DNA from: an uncultured Nitrospiraceae bacterium
GTDB lineage: Bacteria > Nitrospirota > Thermodesulfovibrionia > Thermodesulfovibrionales > Dissulfurispiraceae
Direction of reading: 5' to 3'
Assembly (NCBI GenBank): GCA_963705105.1
Contig: CAVPIW010000006.1
Location: 192,001 to 256,000, forward strand
Length of the DNA: 64,000 bases
Shown: positions 18,661 to 27,948 of the stretch, in pieces
Layout of the letters: each line of letters begins with the position of its first letter
Numbering within the stretch: the first letter of the stretch is position 1
Made by a program: the position numbers and the translations under genes
The notes under the pieces: generated by a model
Told to the model about the DNA's origin: nothing
The model's input: only the letters and a program-made list of their open reading frames with translations
The model's database searches: none

Positions 18661-20183
18661 AGAGCCTGCTGAAGAGCACACGTTTCGCGCTGCTTTCCCT
18701 GGCGCTCCTGATCGTGTTCCTCGTCTTCGTCTTCGTCGCCCTGTCGGACCTGCACGAGACGAGGAAGGTGCTTGTCGCCCTCGACAAGGAAAAGGCGGTC
18801 AAACTCGCGAACATCGTCGAAAAGAACATCATCATTCTCATGATGGAAAACCGTCCCGAAGACCTCCGGCCTCTCGTGGAAAGGCTGCCGAAAGATAACC
18901 CCGAGCTGACGGAAGTACGCCTCTTCAATCCCGTCACGGCGATCATCACCGCCTCGTCCCAGAAAGACGAGATCGGACGGCAGATCTACGAGAGGGACTG
19001 GAACAGTTTCGTCAGCCGTGACATGTCCCCCTTCGTTATAGAGAAGCATGGGAAGACCTTTGCGACAATCGTGATGCCTGTCAGGAGCAGCGCCTTCTGT
19101 AAGCGCTGTCATCCTGCAGCCCAGGAGATCATCTCCGTGATGGACGTCGAGGTCTCTCTCGCGGGAGCGGATGCAGCGATCGCGAGGGTGGCAGGACGTC
19201 ACCTGGTCACTTTTGTAATCGCCATGACCATCATCGGCATTGTCTTCTTCGCGGGCGGCGCGTATCTGATCAACAAGCCCCTGGAAGATCTCATGCAGGC
19301 CATGAGGCGCGTCTCCTCCGGAGATCTGACAGCGAGGGCGCAGGGCTTCAGGGATGACGAGTTCGGGTATCTTGCGGAGGGCTTCAACTCCATGGTCGGG
19401 AGTCTTCAGGAGGCGCACGGACAGGTCGAATCTTTCCACAGGGAGCAGATGGAAAAGACGGAAAAACTGGCTGCCCTCGGGGAAATCATGTCCTACCTCG
19501 CCCACGAGATCAAGACACCCCTGACGGGCATCAGCCTGGCCATGCAGATGCTGAACACCGAATTCAGGGGGGACGAGCAAAAAAAGCGTATCATATGCGA
19601 GGTGTTGCAGCAGATAAAGCGCCTCGACAGGACAGTGAAGGACGTTTTGAGCTATGCAAGGCCCAGACCCCCCGCCTTTTCCGCGACGCAGGTCGGTGAT
19701 GTCATCGAGAAGGCGCTCTTTCTCGTCCACCCGGAGGCGAAAGAAAGGGGGGTGGTGATTGAGACTGCCCTGGACGGTACTCTTCCCGTCGTCGTCGTCG
19801 ATCCTGACCAGATACAGCAGGTGTTTCTCAACATCATGATCAATTCGATCCAGGCGATGCCTTCCGGGGGGACTCTCACCATCGGTGTCAGTGCCTCGGG
19901 GAACACTCAAGGAAGCCCTTCTTCCGGAAAGGCTGGAAAACCGCCCTACATCGTCGTCACCATCAGCGATACCGGTCGGGGTATTGATCCCGCCGATCTC
20001 GATCACGTCTTCGATCCCTTTTTCACGAAAAAGCAGAAGGGATCGGGCCTCGGCCTCACCATCAGCCGGAACATCATCCACGACCATGGGGGAAAGATCG
20101 TCGTTGAAAGCGGGATTGGCAAAGGCACAACATTTGCGATATACTTGCCGACAAACAGTAAAGACATTGCGACGGGAACATAA
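18657..20183 (+). CDS. Sensor histidine kinase with a periplasmic CxxCH (heme c) motif and HAMP
   Basis: FCKRCH between the two TM segments; LAHEIKTP; DTGRGI; GSGLGL. Confidence 0.9.
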   Translation: MKSLLKSTRFALLSLALLIVFLVFVFVALSDLHETRKVLVALDKEKAVKLANIVEKNIIILMMENRPEDLRPLVERLPKDNPELTEVRLFNPVTAIITASSQKDEIGRQIYERDWNSFVSRDMSPFVIEKHGKTFATIVMPVRSSAFCKRCHPAAQEIISVMDVEVSLAGADAAIARVAGRHLVTFVIAMTIIGIVFFAGGAYLINKPLEDLMQAMRRVSSGDLTARAQGFRDDEFGYLAEGFNSMVGSLQEAHGQVESFHREQMEKTEKLAALGEIMSYLAHEIKTPLTGISLAMQMLNTEFRGDEQKKRIICEVLQQIKRLDRTVKDVLSYARPRPPAFSATQVGDVIEKALFLVHPEAKERGVVIETALDGTLPVVVVDPDQIQQVFLNIMINSIQAMPSGGTLTIGVSASGNTQGSPSSGKAGKPPYIVVTISDTGRGIDPADLDHVFDPFFTKKQKGSGLGLTISRNIIHDHGGKIVVESGIGKGTTFAIYLPTNSKDIATGT

Positions 20184-20189
20184 TAAACA

Positions 20190-21560
20190 ATGCAGACCGC
20201 GAAAATACTGATCATCGACGACGAGAAGTTCATCACCTGGTCACTTTGCCAGCATCTTGAGCGTGAGGAGCACGAGGTGCTGACAGCCGGGACGGGGGAG
20301 GAGGGCCTCGAAATCTTCAAACAGGAAACGCCCGATGTGGTCCTTCTCGACATCCACCTGCCCGGCATGGGCGGCATCGACGTCCTCAAGGCGATGAAGA
20401 AACTCAATAGTGATGTGTCAGTCATCATGATCACCGGGCACGGGGACATCGAGACGGCCGTGTCGACCATCAAGGCGGGAGCGGACGATTTCGTCGAAAA
20501 GCCTTTCGAACTCGAAAAGATCTCCGTGCTTGTCAACAGGGCCCTCGAATCGATCCGGCTGAGAAGAAAGGTGAGCCTCCTCAGTCAGGAGCAGTATGAA
20601 AAATACGGATATGACAGCCTCATCGCCGTCTCGGCTTCCATGAAAAGCGTGAAGGCCCTGCTGAAAAAAGTGACCGAGAGCGACGCCAATACCGTTCTGA
20701 TTCAGGGAGAGAGCGGGACCGGCAAGAACCTCATCGCACGGGTGATCCATTACAACAGCTCACGGGCGTTGGAGCCCTTCATCGAGGTGACGAGCACGGC
20801 CATTCCGGAGACCCTCATCGAGAGTGAGCTTTTCGGATACGAAAAGGGGGCTTTCACCGGCGCTTCAGCGACGAAAAAAGGGCTCTTCGAACTGGCCGAC
20901 GGCGGGACGCTGTATCTGGACGAGATCGGAGACACGAAACCCTCGACGCAGGCAAAGCTCCTGCGCGTCATCGAAGACAGGAGATTCAAGCGCCTCGGCG
21001 GATTGAGGGATATCAGCATCAACGTGAGGATCATCGCTGCGACGAACAGAAACCTCGAAGATGCGGTGAGGGAAGGCAGTTTCAGGACGGATCTCTATTA
21101 TCGTCTCAAGGTCATCCCGATCCACCTTCCGCCCCTGAGAGAGCGGAAGGAGGACATCATCCCCCTTGCGCTGCACTATTTGAACGCCTTCAACAGGGAG
21201 TTCAAGAAGAACGTCTCCGATATATCTCCCGAGGCCCGGACGATTTTCGTGAACTATCCGTGGCACGGCAATGCGAGGGAGCTGAAAAACGTCATCGAGC
21301 GCATCTGTATCCTCGAAGACACCGAGCTGATTTACCCGGAGAATATTCCTCCGGAGATAGCCGACACCGTGAAGGAGGAAAGCGATGAGTACATGGCGGT
21401 GAACCTGCCCCCGAGCGGTGTGGCCCTCAAGGACATCGAGAAACAGCTTGTCCTTCAGGCCCTGCAGACGGTGAGCGGCAATCAGACAAGGGCTGCGAGG
21501 CTCCTCGGCATATCGAGAGACTCACTGCGCTACAAGATGCAAAAGATGGGGCTCCTCTGA
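20190..21560 (+). CDS. Sigma-54-dependent response regulator (NtrC/AtoC family)
   Basis: REC (IIDDE, LLDI), GESGTGK, GAFTGA, Fis HTH. Confidence 0.94.
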   Translation: MQTAKILIIDDEKFITWSLCQHLEREEHEVLTAGTGEEGLEIFKQETPDVVLLDIHLPGMGGIDVLKAMKKLNSDVSVIMITGHGDIETAVSTIKAGADDFVEKPFELEKISVLVNRALESIRLRRKVSLLSQEQYEKYGYDSLIAVSASMKSVKALLKKVTESDANTVLIQGESGTGKNLIARVIHYNSSRALEPFIEVTSTAIPETLIESELFGYEKGAFTGASATKKGLFELADGGTLYLDEIGDTKPSTQAKLLRVIEDRRFKRLGGLRDISINVRIIAATNRNLEDAVREGSFRTDLYYRLKVIPIHLPPLRERKEDIIPLALHYLNAFNREFKKNVSDISPEARTIFVNYPWHGNARELKNVIERICILEDTELIYPENIPPEIADTVKEESDEYMAVNLPPSGVALKDIEKQLVLQALQTVSGNQTRAARLLGISRDSLRYKMQKMGLL

Positions 21561-21862
21561 ATGATATAGCAGTGTGAGTGTCAGTGGAAGGATTATTTCG
21601 GGCCGCCGGCGGCCGAATCATGACGTACTATCTGTTCCGGTGGCACAGCCACCCCGCCTTTCCCCCCCGATTTGCTCTTTCATTTTAGGGCGAATTCCCG
21701 CAGTTTCCGCAGGGGACTGCGGAAAATCACGCAGTCCTCCTGTCTTGCATCACGTCCGACCGCGCACTGCTTTGCCGGTGTGTCCCTTCAGATTCCTGAA
21801 ATTCCGGGAGAAGTCGTTTTTGACGATAAGGCACGGGCGTGATTCTGCGAAAGGATGATGAC

Positions 21863-21879
21863 TGGCACGTTCTTTGATA
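21863..21879 (+). promoter_or_regulatory. Candidate sigma-54 (-24/-12) promoter
   Basis: TGGCACG-TTCT-TTGAT (GG-N10-GA, one mismatch at -12); palindrome GGACTGCG-N8-CGCAGTCC at 21714-21737 upstream. Confidence 0.55.
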
Positions 21880-21888
21880 ATTTATTTC

Positions 21889-22014
21889 TGCACGACGTTG
21901 AAAAAATACAGTCTCAAAGGTATACGTTTGCGGCCGGTCTGTGCTGTGTGATTTTTGAGACTGACGTAATGACCGTCCGCATGGGGGGAGAGCGGGGAGG
22001 CTCCCCCCTTTTTT
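21889..22014 (+). ncRNA. Candidate sigma-54-dependent small RNA (~125 nt)
   Basis: Lies between the sigma-54 motif and an intrinsic terminator; long stem CAGTCTCAAA/TTTGAGACTG; no RBS-led ORF. Confidence 0.45.
21983..22014 (+). terminator. Intrinsic terminator
   Basis: GGGGGGAG...CTCCCCCC stem followed by T6. Confidence 0.8.
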
Positions 22015-22088
22015 CGTCCCCTGTCCGGCCCTTTCATCACCTGATTCATCGGGGCGTCTTCAGCCGGGGAGAGTATGCGTTCGGCGCG

Positions 22089-22556
22089 TCATTCGACGAC
22101 CCAGACGCAGCAGTTCCTGGCCGCATGGAGGATCTTGTTCGACGTGCTCCCGAAGATGAATTCCTCCTTTTTCGACAGGCCTCTTCGGCCGATGACGATC
22201 GTCGTTGCGCCGAGGTTTCTCTGCTCCTCGAGAATGCACTCGCCGATGGACGGGCACCGTTTCATGATAACGACGGGCGAGACCATATCCGGAGGAAACC
22301 CCGCCTGAACGAGGCGCTGCCTGTAGTGTCCGACCATATCCGTCGTCCTCTTCCTTGCGGAGTCGATCCACTTTGTCCGCTCCTCATCGGACGTGAAGTA
22401 GTCTTCGGTCGGTTCCGGCAGTATTGAAAGGACGGTGACGCGGAAACCGGTGAGCCCCCCGAGGAAGTCGGCGACATGGAGGACAGCCCTGCGCGCGTTG
22501 TCTGATTCATCGACGGCGATGAGGATATGTTTCTCCTTTTGCTGGATTGAAGCCAT
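22089..22556 (-). CDS. Universal stress protein
   Basis: HILIAVDES...IVIGRRG...FGSTSNKILH. Confidence 0.92.
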   Translation of the reverse strand: MASIQQKEKHILIAVDESDNARRAVLHVADFLGGLTGFRVTVLSILPEPTEDYFTSDEERTKWIDSARKRTTDMVGHYRQRLVQAGFPPDMVSPVVIMKRCPSIGECILEEQRNLGATTIVIGRRGLSKKEEFIFGSTSNKILHAARNCCVWVVE

Positions 22557-22581
22557 TCTTTGACCTCCTCTGTGAAAAGGT

Positions 22582-23571
22582 TCACTGCAGCCCGGCCCGC
22601 GCCTCGGTCAGGTCGGCGAGCAACTGCTGCGTCGATTCATAGTATACGTTGGCGCCGACGGAAAAATGGAGCAGAACGAGATTCAGGTCTTTTGGGATGT
22701 AAGGATAAATCTTTCTCAGGTTCACGATGCGGTTGTTGAATATGATATTCATGTCATCGGCCGTCAACCGGCCGAAGGTCTCAGGGTCCTGCTGCTTCAC
22801 TGCCTGCTGGGTGACTTCCCCCCGGCCCGTCAGGTAGATGATGACGTTGCCGAGACCGAAGAGATCGAAACCGAACATGCTTTCCTTGTGAATGAAGTTG
22901 AAGTCGAAGTCTATCCATTTGTTTCTGCCCGTAACCTTGTCCATGACGATATGGTCGCGCCGGATGTCGCCGTGCTTCTCTCCGTTGTCATGAAGAAAAC
23001 GGATCGCCTGGGCAAGTTCGATGTATGCGTCGAGAACGCCCGGAAAGTGATTATGGAAGTAGTCCTCGTGATCACCCCCGAGCTTCAGGACGGCATCGCA
23101 CATCTTGGTTCCCTGGATGTAATCGATGACCCTCACGATGTTTCCGGCACTGTCCGGGACGGCGAAGCCCTGCATGAAGTTCGGGTGATCCGCGACGAGT
23201 CGGAGGATGCGCGCCTCCTTTTTCGGGCTCCGGAAGCATTCAAAGACGATCCCGCCGATGTTTGCCGTGTATTTTTCGTGAAAGACCATCTTGAGTATCT
23301 TCGTCGTCCCGTCCACAAGATCAACGGCCCTCCTGACCCAGAATTTGGGCTCGTCGTCTATGCTGAAACGGCCCTCGCGCTCCGTATTCCGGCAGAGGTA
23401 GGGATGGCCGTCGAGGATGACGACGTCGTCATATTCGACGCGGAAGAAATCGGAGGTGTCGGTGACGATGCTGAACCTCTTCGGTACGCGCGACGGCTCC
23501 ACCCACCGTGCCATCATCTCCTGCAGTTGATCTCTGCTGAAATCGTTCATGGTCGTTCCGTCCTGCGTCAT
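22582..23571 (-). CDS. Atypical protein-kinase-like protein
   Basis: KILK, E-helix KKEARIL, HGDIRRDH catalytic loop, WIDFD, DLFGLG. Confidence 0.75.
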   Translation of the reverse strand: MTQDGTTMNDFSRDQLQEMMARWVEPSRVPKRFSIVTDTSDFFRVEYDDVVILDGHPYLCRNTEREGRFSIDDEPKFWVRRAVDLVDGTTKILKMVFHEKYTANIGGIVFECFRSPKKEARILRLVADHPNFMQGFAVPDSAGNIVRVIDYIQGTKMCDAVLKLGGDHEDYFHNHFPGVLDAYIELAQAIRFLHDNGEKHGDIRRDHIVMDKVTGRNKWIDFDFNFIHKESMFGFDLFGLGNVIIYLTGRGEVTQQAVKQQDPETFGRLTADDMNIIFNNRIVNLRKIYPYIPKDLNLVLLHFSVGANVYYESTQQLLADLTEARAGLQ

Positions 23572-23633
23572 AAGAGTTATTTACCACAGAAAAACCGAAA
23601 ATGCAACACTGACATCTCACTAGAGTTTGTTTA

Positions 23634-23837
23634 TAAACCTTGGAGTTGCTTAGAAAGGCGTGGCGAAGCACTCTTAAAAATAGTGTCAGTGACAGTGTGA
23701 GTGTCAGTGTCGGAAAAGATGTCTAATTCTCCTGACATTGGCCTACCGTTCCTCTTTCCTTTCGATAAGGTGTCGCCGCATCAAGGTTTTCGGCGCATAC
23801 ACCCCGCCTTTACGGAGGGAGTATGCAACGACAGGTT
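23634..23837 (+). mobile_element. Modular inverted-repeat element, copy C, module M1
   Basis: Same ends and interior as copy B, more diverged. Confidence 0.85.
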
Positions 23838-23840
23838 TGA

Positions 23841-23999
23841 TCAGAACTTGAGAAAGAGCGGCTTGTGGACTTTCGGCTTTTTGTGCGGGCACTTTTTCCT
23901 GCCATGCTGCGGGACGCACATATTGCAGCGCGAATCGGAGCACTGCTGGCAGAATGTGCAGTCAGGACACGGTTTCTTCTGCGGCGTCTTCTTTTCCAT
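23841..23999 (-). CDS. Small Cys-rich protein (52 aa), not in the ORF track
   Basis: MEKKTPQKKPCPDCTFCQQCSDSRCNMCVPQHGRKKCPHKKPKVHKPLFLKF; ATG overlaps the upstream kinase stop (TGATG). Confidence 0.7.
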   Translation of the reverse strand: MEKKTPQKKPCPDCTFCQQCSDSRCNMCVPQHGRKKCPHKKPKVHKPLFLKF

Positions 24000-26383
24000 C
24001 ACCGGTCCGGGCCATTCATGACGCTGTGCACGGCTTCACTCAATTCGGCAATGTTATAGGGTTTCGTCACGACACCGCTGAAGCCGTAATCCCGGAAATC
24101 GGCCATGACGGGATCCGTCGAATAGCCGCTCGACACGATCGCCCGGACGCCCTGATCGATGTCGCGGAGCCTCCTGACAGCCTCCTTCCCGCCCATCGCC
24201 CCGGGCACCGTCAGGTCCAGAATGACGGCGTCGAAGGAATCGCCGTTATCGAGTGCCTTCTGATACTCCTGAAGGGCGGCGTCCCCGTCAGCGGTCACGG
24301 TGACCGAATAACCGAGGCTCGTGAGCATCTCCCCCGCCACATCCCTGACGGTCTCTTCATCGTCCATCAGGAGGACCCTGCCGTTCCCGCTCACCGCCTG
24401 CACATCCCGGGCGACTCCGGTTTCGATGTCCTGTCCGGACGCGGGAAGGTAGAGATGAAACGCCGTCCCTCTTCCGACCGCCGACTCGACGAGGATTTGA
24501 CCTTTGTGCCGTCTCATGATCGAGTATGCGGAGGTGAGACCGAGCCCCGTTCCTTTCGGCTTTGTCGAGAAAAAGGGGTCGAACAGTTTCGGTATCAATT
24601 CCTCGGGGATGCCTTCGCCGTGGTCCCCGACCGTTATCATGACGTAGGAACCGGCACTCAGCGGGGGGATCTCCCCTGGGGTGATCTGAAGATTTCTGCC
24701 GGACACGGTCACCGTTCCTCCCCCTGCCATAGCCTCGCTCGCGTTCGTGACGAGGTTGCCGATGACCTGTCCGATCTGTCCTGCATCCACCTCCGCCGAC
24801 CAGAGATCATCAGGCATGGAAATTACGCATTTCGTGCCGGAACCCCTGAGGACGAATTCAGACATGTCTCTAATGATGCCGGACAGCGATTCCACCTTCT
24901 TGATCGGCTCTCCGCCCCTGGCAAATGTCAGCAACTGTCTTGTCAGGTCCTTTGCTCTCAGTGACGCCTGCTCGGCCCGCTGCAGCAGTTCGGGTACTCT
25001 GGCGTCGGGCTGCTCGACCATGCGGGCCAGGGATATGTATCCCATGATACCGGTCAACAGGTTGTTGAAGTCATGGGCAAGCCCCCCAGCCAGAACGCCG
25101 AGCGATTCAAGTTTCTGGACTTTGGCGAGTTCCTCCTCCATCCTCCTTCTTTCCGTGATATCCCGGGAGTTGATGATGACCTTCGTCGACCCCGTATAGT
25201 CCGTCATGCTCTTGCCGATCGCTTCGAAGATGCTCCACGAGCCGCTCCGATGCCGCACCCTGACGACGATCGACTCGACTGTTCCGGGCCTCTCGATTAC
25301 CCTGACGAATGCGTTCCGGCATGCCATGAGATCATCGTGATGCACAAAATCAAAGACGCGTCTTCCCCGTAACTCATACGGCGAATATCCGAGCAATCGT
25401 TCCAGGGACGGCGTATCGTAGAGAATCACACCGTTGCCGTCGGTAACAGTGATGAGATCAAGCGAATTCTCTATGAGGGAGCGGAAATTCTCCTCGCTGA
25501 GCTTGAGCGCTTCTTCAGCCCGGACCCGGTCCTGGATCTCCTTCCTGAGCTGCTCGTTCATGGCGACGAGCTCGGCCGTGCGCTCCTGAACGAGCTCTGT
25601 CAGATGCTCCCGGTGCTTTGTGAGCTCCGCTTCGGTTTGCTTTCTGACGTCGATCTCCGCAGAGAGGTCCAGGGCAAGATTTTCGGCGTCCTCTTTGGCC
25701 GACGCGAGATAGGAGAGGAGGTTCATGTTGATGTATCGCACCTTAATGGATGTGAGAGTCATTGTATGGATCTGGAGCGCCACGGCGGTCATGAGGATAG
25801 TGAAAAGAAGGGCCATGCCGCTCATGGCGAGATGCATGGAGTCGCCGAGGATCAGGAAATAGACGAAAAGGGGGACGGCGGCGGGAATGCTGAATGCAAA
25901 GAAGGCCCGCCTGACAACTGCGTATGCGCCTGCGGAGCCGATCACCATCCCGCCGAGCACGAACGCGAGAAAGGCCTGGTGAGCGACGGACGTGTCAGGT
26001 GATATGAGCAGACCGGACGCCCCCCAGGCGACTCCCGAAAGGGCGGTGGCGGCCACGAAACGTTTTTCGGCGCTTACCGCTGAGAGGGGATCATCGGATG
26101 CCCGGCGGAACCTGATGACGTCGTAATACCGAAAGGCTGTCACGATGAAGATGCCAGCGACCCATGCCATCAGGAGTGCGCGGTCGGTCACACTCCACAG
26201 GATGACGGCGAGTAAGACGGAATTGACGAGGCTGCCGATCATCGATATGGAGGCGTTTTTGTAAAGCAGGCGCACCTGCTCGGCCCGGATTTTGACGGAC
26301 TCTTCAGGCGACGTCAGATCTTCAGGATTCTTTCCGGGCATTCCGCTCATTCCGCTACCCGTCTTATTGACAACATCATCCAT
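23999..26383 (-). CDS. Hybrid sensor histidine kinase (5-6 TM sensor, PAS, HisKA/HATPase, REC); start codon uncertain
   Basis: AGGLAHDFNN, GTGLGL, C-terminal VLLMDDE...ILDL receiver. Confidence 0.9.
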   Translation of the reverse strand: MDDVVNKTGSGMSGMPGKNPEDLTSPEESVKIRAEQVRLLYKNASISMIGSLVNSVLLAVILWSVTDRALLMAWVAGIFIVTAFRYYDVIRFRRASDDPLSAVSAEKRFVAATALSGVAWGASGLLISPDTSVAHQAFLAFVLGGMVIGSAGAYAVVRRAFFAFSIPAAVPLFVYFLILGDSMHLAMSGMALLFTILMTAVALQIHTMTLTSIKVRYINMNLLSYLASAKEDAENLALDLSAEIDVRKQTEAELTKHREHLTELVQERTAELVAMNEQLRKEIQDRVRAEEALKLSEENFRSLIENSLDLITVTDGNGVILYDTPSLERLLGYSPYELRGRRVFDFVHHDDLMACRNAFVRVIERPGTVESIVVRVRHRSGSWSIFEAIGKSMTDYTGSTKVIINSRDITERRRMEEELAKVQKLESLGVLAGGLAHDFNNLLTGIMGYISLARMVEQPDARVPELLQRAEQASLRAKDLTRQLLTFARGGEPIKKVESLSGIIRDMSEFVLRGSGTKCVISMPDDLWSAEVDAGQIGQVIGNLVTNASEAMAGGGTVTVSGRNLQITPGEIPPLSAGSYVMITVGDHGEGIPEELIPKLFDPFFSTKPKGTGLGLTSAYSIMRRHKGQILVESAVGRGTAFHLYLPASGQDIETGVARDVQAVSGNGRVLLMDDEETVRDVAGEMLTSLGYSVTVTADGDAALQEYQKALDNGDSFDAVILDLTVPGAMGGKEAVRRLRDIDQGVRAIVSSGYSTDPVMADFRDYGFSGVVTKPYNIAELSEAVHSVMNGPDR

Positions 26384-26555
26384 ATTATATTTATAACACA
26401 AATAAGTGTCGGGAGTTGCATGAAATTTGAGGGAGAAGGCCCCGGATGTGTCGTCATAGGATAGGATGTGATTCATGTATTCCGGGTCCTGTTCATGTTA
26501 CTATTGGCAGTCCTGCAACGGAAAAAGTTCTTACTGTTCATCCGGAAGATGAAGA

Positions 26556-26738
26556 TAAACCCTGCAGTTGCATAGAAAGGCGGGGCGAAGCGCTCTGAAA
26601 ACAGTGTCGGTGTGAGTGTGAGTGTCAGTGTCGGAAAAGATGTCCAATTCCCCCATGTCACGATACAGGTGTCGCCGCAGCAAGGTTTTCGGCGCATACA
26701 CCCCGCCTTTCGGTTCGGGCGTATGCAACGATAAGGTA
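26556..26738 (+). mobile_element. Modular inverted-repeat element, copy D, module M1 with internal deletion
   Basis: Ends AAACCCTGCAGTTGCA / TGCAACGATAAGGT. Confidence 0.87.
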
Positions 26739-26801
26739 AGGATTTCGCGCCAATGACAACCGGATCTGAACCATTGACTTCACCACCGGAGGGCTGATGA
26801 A

Positions 26802-27383
26802 ATGACCAAAAGATGTGACTCTTGTTTTTCACCGGGGACATGGGGAACATGCGCTGTTGTGTTGCTGTGCGTTTTCATGGCGGGATGCGCGACGATTCCG
26901 GCCGAGGAATGTGCAAGAGTAAACTGGTATGCCCTGGGCTTCGAGGACGGACTCAAGGGATACACGGCCGATCGCATCGGCAAGCACCGGGAGGCTTGTG
27001 CGTCGGTCAATGTGATACCCGACGAAAGGGCGTACTACTCCGGCCGCGCCGAGGGCCTGTATGAATACTGCAAGCCGGAAAACGCCTTTGTCGAGGGACT
27101 GGCGGGACGAGAATACCGCGGCGTTTGTCTTCCCCCGGTGGACCGCGTCTTTGCGCGCAACCACAGCGCTGCCTATGCGGTGTTCAAGGCCAGGGACAAT
27201 CTCCGGAGTGTCGAGAACAGGATCGACAGCAAGGAGAAGGAGCTGCGAAAGAAAGACAGGAATGACCGTGAGCGAAAGGAACTGCGGGACGAGATACGGA
27301 CGCTTGACGAAAAGCGCAGGGACTTGCGGAATGAGCTGTACCGTCTCGAGGCGGAGCTCGATCGACTGCGTGGGAACAGGTAG
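26802..27383 (+). CDS. DUF2799-family lipoprotein
   Basis: MAGC lipobox; ECxxxNWYALGFEDG; GLYEYC; coiled-coil tail. Confidence 0.8.
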   Translation: MTKRCDSCFSPGTWGTCAVVLLCVFMAGCATIPAEECARVNWYALGFEDGLKGYTADRIGKHREACASVNVIPDERAYYSGRAEGLYEYCKPENAFVEGLAGREYRGVCLPPVDRVFARNHSAAYAVFKARDNLRSVENRIDSKEKELRKKDRNDRERKELRDEIRTLDEKRRDLRNELYRLEAELDRLRGNR

Positions 27384-27517
27384 CATGGCGTTTCATCTGA
27401 CCGGGCGCCCCTGGTCCGTAACCGTTAGACTCATCCATGATCCGGCGTGAGCGGCCAGACAGGCCGCCGGGACAATCGCCAGGGCTGTTTTAAGGATTGT
27501 CATGCCCCTTTATCGCA

Positions 27518-27718
27518 TCATCCGAGCTTGTCCATCGCCTCTTTCATGAGGGGGGTCAGTTTTTTTGTCTCATCGCAGAGTTTCATAAGCACTGCGGCCA
27601 CGTCCTGCTTCCCCGTTGCAGAAGCCTTCTCGGCCCACTCGCGATACGTCTCGGCATGCTCATCGTTGTGTTCCATCCAGTGGTGAAGCAAAGTCCTCAG
27701 CTTTTCATGATTTTCCAT
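27518..27718 (-). CDS. Small His-rich helical protein, probable metal binding
   Basis: KLRTLLHHWMEHNDEHAETYREWA; RBS AAGGAGG. Confidence 0.75.
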   Translation of the reverse strand: MENHEKLRTLLHHWMEHNDEHAETYREWAEKASATGKQDVAAVLMKLCDETKKLTPLMKEAMDKLG

Positions 27719-27948
27719 GATGCCTCCTTTTTATATTTCAATACACTGTTGTCCAAAATAATCTGACACGAGGATAGGGCACGATTTCTTCGCAAAATAA
27801 ACCCTTATCGCCGCCATGAGATCTCCGGAAAGACGGTGCGAATGCGCCGAAAAGCCCTGCCGGGACCTTCCATTGTACCAGAAAGGCATGTTTCGGGTGT
27901 TGTCAAAGGACGATTTCGCTTCGCACCATTTTGTGGTAATCTTTAGAT

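Noticed and set aside
18525..20087. Long antisense ORFs (e.g. 18525-20087, 2439-3593, 10466-11788, 32997-34283, 44379-45488)
   Set aside because: Shadow frames opposite well-supported genes in GC-rich DNA, with no recognisable motifs
27778..27795. Sigma-54 promoter upstream of czcD (GGCACGATTTCTTCGC)
   Set aside because: GG-to-GC spacing deviates from the strict -24/-12 requirement
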